From Fistulifera solaris (lineage: Eukaryota): 64,000 nucleotides of DNA. The notes under the pieces were generated by a model. It was not told the DNA's origin. It was given only the letters and a program-made list of their open reading frames with translations, and ran no database searches. Of the stretch, positions 60,567 to 64,000 are shown piece after piece. The translations under genes were made by a program, and so were the position numbers. The number at the start of each line of letters is the position of its first letter. Position 1 is the stretch's first letter. The stretch covers positions 620,001-684,000 of the forward strand of contig AP026147.1 in assembly GCA_030295235.1 (NCBI GenBank). The letters run 5' to 3'.

Positions 60567-61952
60567 TTATGGACATCTCCTGAATTGACGAGTGGGAAAC
60601 ATTCGCTTCAACACGTTGCAAACAATTCGGGGAGCAGTGGAAGTATTTTCGGATGCACCGCAAGTAACCGGTGCACAAGTGACGAGGTTCGACCAATTGC
60701 ATACTTGTTTGTTTACGTCAAACAATAGACCACTCGAGCAGCTGGATTGGTTGTTGTTTTTGACGCCATTTTGACAGTAAAAGTATGAGCCACAGTTCTT
60801 GGTCGGGTAGAAGCCCGTGAAACCGCTTGGACAGCAGTCCTCCGGGGGAGGAGGGGTTGGATTATCGGGATTGGTAGGAGGAGATCCATGGGAGCAACCT
60901 CGTTTCGACTCGAGGGCTTCATTGACTACAGATGACCATTTGCCGTTCACGTCGTGAGCCGCCACCCAAAAGAAAGCACCGCCATGGCAACTGTACGCAG
61001 TATTGATTTCGTTCATCACCGACTTGGCCTGAGCTGCCAAAGCATTGCTACCGGTCCCCGCGCAGTCACTGATACAGAACCCCATGACGACTCGAGTGGC
61101 ATCGCCACCGAACAAGTAGTCGACGAGGTATTTGTAGTGATCCGCAGTTACTACTCGGCCTCCATTGGCCTTGAAAAATCCATCAACGGCTGGACGTGTA
61201 ATACCGTTGTAGTACTGAGGCAAAATGTAGTCGACACTGCTTTTCACTGAAGCCAACATTGTCAAGTATTTGGATCCTTTGACGAGATCGGCATCCATCG
61301 GTGCATGCGATACAACAGAACCAGCCGGTAACTTGCTTTTTTAGCCCAGTGGTGATTTTGGAGAGAAAGTTGATCGCCTGTGTACCTTTGTTAAAGCCTG
61401 AACCGTTCTGATTGTCCGCATAAAAGTACTCGTAATCAATGTCGACGCCGTCCATTTTGAGGTCCTTGACAATCTGCGTCAAGCGGTCCACCACTTGCGT
61501 TTCTCGTCCAAAGCAATATTCCCAGCAATCATTCACATCACCCGCCCAGCTTCCTCCCATACCGGCACCGCCAAAACTAAGAAGAACTTTCTTACCGGCC
61601 GCGTGAAGATCATTGATCAAACCAGGATTGGGTGCATTGTTGCAAATGGGCGGTGTGGCGATTTCACAAGTTTGACTACATATATTCTTCGATGGACTCC
61701 ACGTGTAGGAGACAGCAAACGAAATGATTACATGAGTGTATTCCGAAAGCTGCGCAGCTGTTGGACATGCTTGCCAATTGCCCAAGAAAGCAATCTGTCA
61801 ATGACGTTGGACGCTGATGAGACGAACAGCTTACTAGAGTGAATAATGAGATTACATTCAGTCGGTCGTACCATTCGATTGTCTTCTGCAACTATATTGT
61901 TGAGCGCAGCAAGGATTAAAGTCAATGGCAAGAGGTAGGATAGGCGTGCCAT
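60567..61952 (-). CDS. GH18 chitinase with C-terminal CBM14 (peritrophin-A) chitin-binding domain
   Basis: Signal peptide; intron 61795..61871; YTHVIISFA, KVLLSFGG and catalytic DGVDIDYE; Pro-rich linker; CPSGFTGFYP..CGSYFYC..C..GLLFD....CNW...C. Frameshift near 61335. Confidence 0.92.
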
Positions 61953-62710
61953 GATTCTTTTTTTTGCTTTGAGGAGCACTATAATTCAATTATACCAGTA
62001 ATTCAAATTTATGAGACGAGTTGATTTTTCCGGTTTTGTGGAGGGAGAAAAGAGCGGACGTAAAACGTGCGAGGTCATTTATAAGCGCTTTACTATCAGA
62101 GTTGTGTTGTTGTGAGATGTCCGTTGTAAATAAATACTATTGAGTTTTGTGTTCACCAGAGGCCCAATCTTCAGAATACGGGTTGGTCCCTTGTCGAATG
62201 TTCTACTGACCGGTCATCGGTCATTCGAGTCTTGTTCCCATGTCTTGCACACAAAAGTCTATACTAGCGGCCCGAATTTAATTCTGAGTCATGAATGGCT
62301 TCGCGTTCCACGTTCCGGAAACGAGAAACTTTATTACTTGTAGTGCCCAAGTTTTGCTTTGCTATGAAGCCTAAAAGCCTGTGACGACTCGTGACTCGTG
62401 ACCGAGACAAAGATGATTTATTTTTGGTGAATTCAATGGTCGATGGTGCATCACTCTTAATGCATTTCATAAGACTTGTCCCTATAAGGCTGTTGGTGCG
62501 CTATGTGAATATTTGTGTGACAGAACAGCCCAGTTTTCCTAGCAGGGCTCCGTAAGCTTGATGTAGACATTCCAAGTAATGCAGCATGGATTCTTTTTTC
62601 AATTTGGAGTTTGAATGTTTGTCAACTATTTTCCTTTGATGCAAATACATTATGTAGTTGGAAGGTAGGATGCGGTGAGAGCCGAAAATGGGGGTGGGTC
62701 GAGATAACAC

Positions 62711-62790
62711 CATATCCGGGTTTAGTTTGCCTCTGTCGATAAATTTCCTTACGAGGCCAAATGCACGTAGACATTCGAGACCTTACAAAT
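62711..62790 (+). repeat. Dispersed ~220-bp repeat family, locus 3 (single core)
   Basis: atatccgggtt...gcctctgtcgataaatttccttacgag...cacgtagacattcga matches the 21478 core. Confidence 0.8.
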
Positions 62791-63346
62791 TTCCATGTAA
62801 TGAACGGTTTTATTACTTTGTGGGGTAAAAGATAGCTTAACGTTCATAAGGACTACCAGTATGCTTGTTTTTGCCCTCTAAAAGACTTGTTTAGACCCCT
62901 GTGAAGAATTTTCTGGCTTCACCTTAGCTGGAAGGTACGTACGTATGGCGTACGGACGTACGGACACATTATAAAACGCTAACCTTATCATCGCACTGAG
63001 CCCATCCCACGTGCCCCTACCCTAGAGCCTACAGTACGAGGTATCTAAGTAAATTCTATTGTACTGTCTCTTTTGTACACAAAGGTGGAGCAATGCAGCT
63101 AATTGAATTTTTGTCGTTATTCAAAATGTACAAAATTTATCCGTTGCTCGCGCATCTTGCAAAACCATCAACAACAAGCAACAACGCAAAAACGATAAAA
63201 GAAAAGGGTTGTGGTCTATGAAGCTTTGCGAAACGAACCCAACCAAAAGGGAAGAGAAGGAATAGAACAGCTTCTTCTTTACGCGGGCGTGAAACAGGAT
63301 CGACGTTTGACTGAAACGAAATACGAAGCTCTCCGACTACCATAAA

Positions 63347-64000
63347 ATGCCTGACAAATATCCTGGAGGCGTCAGTGGTCCTCGTAGATCTACACCGATC
63401 AGTCCGACGGCAGATGAATCTATGGATACAGTTGCGGCAAATGCAGAAGCTGCTCGGTTAGCCCGCGAGCTCGGCGTCGTCGGGTCGACACAGCCTGTTT
63501 CTCGACCTCTCTTTAGCCGCTTTCGGCAAAACAACAATAGTTATGCATCCTCATCGAATAGCAATTACAATCAAGACAAACAAGAAGAGCCATCTTCTTA
63601 TGTTCGAATGAAAGATGATTCACAGCGCTCTCAACCATTCACTGCGTCTACAGAGTTCGATACGTCACCCAGTTATCCAGCTCATTATCCTCATATCACT
63701 ATTTGCAACAGTCAAGGAGAACCGATTCATGAATTTGACTGTCACGGACAACGCACTCCGTATAGAGAAGGACCTTACTTCTTATCGCGTGATGCAGCAG
63801 GTCGTCTTGTCAAGAAACGTTGGTGTAAGTACAGAAGTTGTGCCGATTTTTCCATCGTTCAAGCAACTGACGTGTCTATTCTTTCGCTCACGCGTGTTAG
63901 ACGGAAGACTCGAAGACGGCTATCTAGCGAGATCGTCTATTTATTTGCACGAGTACTTTGGATTCACTATCTATACGCCTCTTACTCATGAAGAGCAGGT
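63347..64000 (+). CDS. 5' part of a hypothetical protein running off the window
   Basis: ATG at 63347 after an A-rich leader; probable intron starting with GTAAGT near 63825. Confidence 0.55.

Noticed and set aside
1..64000. tRNA, rRNA or telomeric repeats
   Set aside because: None recognised by eye; a covariance-model scan would be needed to exclude small RNAs.

Overview
Gene-dense eukaryotic DNA, most consistent with a diatom or related stramenopile: short GT-AG introns, bipartite signal/plastid presequences, a plastid-type heme oxygenase and a GH18 chitinase. About 27 protein-coding genes are supported, including MCCB, ClpX, a YeiH-type exporter, Med21, an amino-acid permease, an M3 peptidase, TrhO, a PXA-PX sorting nexin, heme oxygenase and a chitinase. 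Many genes carry single-base frameshifts at homopolymer runs, which look like unpolished long-read errors rather than real pseudogenes. Highlights: (1) a secreted, probably membrane-anchored tandem Cu-only-SOD-like protein with a Met-rich (MMDPT/MMQPS)n stalk; (2) a 1-kb array of about 19 TTCCAGA-N3-TCTGGAA palindromes spaced about 52 bp apart with higher-order structure; (3) a dispersed ~220-bp intergenic repeat family at three loci; (4) a bacterial-type CoA-transferase-GNAT fusion with Asp at the catalytic Glu position; (5) a cluster of four paralogous IQ/coiled-coil genes; (6) a poly(A)-tailed 3' fragment of an RLE-type non-LTR retrotransposon. All family calls come from motif recognition by eye; no searches were run.
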